Of a DNA stretch of 64,000 bases, positions 63,478-64,000 are shown in pieces (position 1 is the first letter of the stretch; each line of letters opens with the position of its first letter). The translations under genes were made by a program, and so were the position numbers. The notes under the pieces are model-generated. The model did not search any database. It saw only the letters and a list, made by a program, of their open reading frames with translations, and was not told the DNA's origin. The stretch comes from Candidatus Hungatella pullicola (GTDB lineage Bacteria; Bacillota; Clostridia; Lachnospirales; Lachnospiraceae), in assembly GCA_019114305.1 (NCBI GenBank), contig DXFU01000087.1:616-64615 (forward strand), written 5' to 3'.

Positions 63478-63940
63478 TCTGTCTTACATACTCACTTTCT
63501 GTCTTGTCATACTGAAGAATCTGATCCTTATTGGCATAAACCATACCCAGCTCCTGAGTGGCCACTTGATAAATATGGTCCAGATCAATGGATGTATTGA
63601 TACTGGTTTCCAGATCATCATTCTTCGCCTTTAACGTTTCCAGCTGAGCTTCCAGAGTCTCAATGTTGCGCATCCTTGTTGTTATAGATGATTGAAGCTG
63701 AAGATAACTCACACATAAGTAAAGAGTGCAGACTGCAGCAAATGTAAGCATAATCACGTAAGGCAGATCCATCTGCAAAGCCTTTTCCTGATTCCGTCTG
63801 ACTCTGTGATTGGCAGATACTCTCTGCTTGGCATCCATAGACTCCCTGCCGGAACGGCGGGCAGGCTCCAGCTTACGGACAGTATTTCCCTGCACATAAG
63901 ATGTTTCCCTGTACGGACCCATATTCCTTTTTGCAGCCAT
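63455..63940 (-). CDS. ftsL: FtsL-like cell division protein
   Basis: A basic N-terminus, one TM helix and a coiled-coil (LEAQLETLKAKNDDLE). Located upstream of the dcw PBPs. I placed the start at ATG 63940 (RBS GGGAGGAAAAG). Confidence 0.7.
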   Translation of the reverse strand: MAAKRNMGPYRETSYVQGNTVRKLEPARRSGRESMDAKQRVSANHRVRRNQEKALQMDLPYVIMLTFAAVCTLYLCVSYLQLQSSITTRMRNIETLEAQLETLKAKNDDLETSINTSIDLDHIYQVATQELGMVYANKDQILQYDKTESEYVRQNEEIPKY

Positions 63941-64000
63941 AGCTCTTTTCCTCCCTTTATTTTCTCTCAAACACTCTTAATTTTGAGCTTTTCGCTCTTT

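Noticed and set aside
63971-64000. The last 30 nt could encode the C-terminal residues (KERKAQN*) of an upstream rsmH/mraW gene on the minus strand.
   Set aside because: Only 7 codons are visible, so no feature can be supported.

Overview
This 64-kb window looks like core chromosome of a spore-forming, anaerobic Firmicute. A Clostridia/Lachnospiraceae-like origin is my inference from gene content and order, GGAGG-type RBSs, a SASP gene and the anaerobic cbi pathway. I call 66 protein-coding genes, 63 of them on the minus strand, which is a strong co-orientation.

Blocks from left to right:
1. engB(partial)-lon-clpX-clpP-tig proteostasis cluster.
2. DJ-1/PfpI gene plus an orphan sugar-type lipoprotein SBP, and a CYTH protein.
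3. An 18-gene anaerobic cobalamin operon, cbiD to cbiC (24354 down to 8338). It is mostly translationally coupled and carries three non-canonical genes: a YkgJ-type Cys-cluster protein, a TM1266-like small protein and a truncated CobU paralogue.
4. An alpha/beta SASP gene, then a pspC-padR-DUF1700-DUF4097-pspC envelope-stress-like module.
5. GNAT, DD-carboxypeptidase and polysaccharide deacetylase genes.
6. A metal-homeostasis island: two tandem COG0523-type GTPases (one with a 51-bp tandem-repeat His/Cys array), a DtxR/MntR-family repressor, a 96-aa DNA-binding-domain-only Fur homologue, feoA-feoA-feoB plus a Cys-rich membrane peptide, and znuABC.
7. LCP, HAD, metallophosphoesterase and Sfp-type PPTase genes.
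8. eno.
9. ftsZ, then two unknown genes, then metF, the MetH activation domain, metH and trpS.
10. The rest of a dcw cluster: ftsL, two class B PBPs, mraY, murD, ftsW/spoVE, murA and ftsQ.

I saw no rRNA, tRNA, CRISPR array, transposase, integrase, phage gene or recognisable riboswitch. Several starts were moved from the ORF-track start to an in-frame start with a proper RBS.

I do not see a clear new defence or mobile system here. The best candidates for undescribed biology are the paired COG0523 GTPases, the three unexplained genes embedded in the B12 operon, the CCCC-containing mini-Fur, the PadR/DUF1700/DUF4097 module bracketed by PspC paralogues, and a 21-nt motif shared by the feoB and eno leaders. 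All family assignments come from reading motifs by eye. No database search was run.
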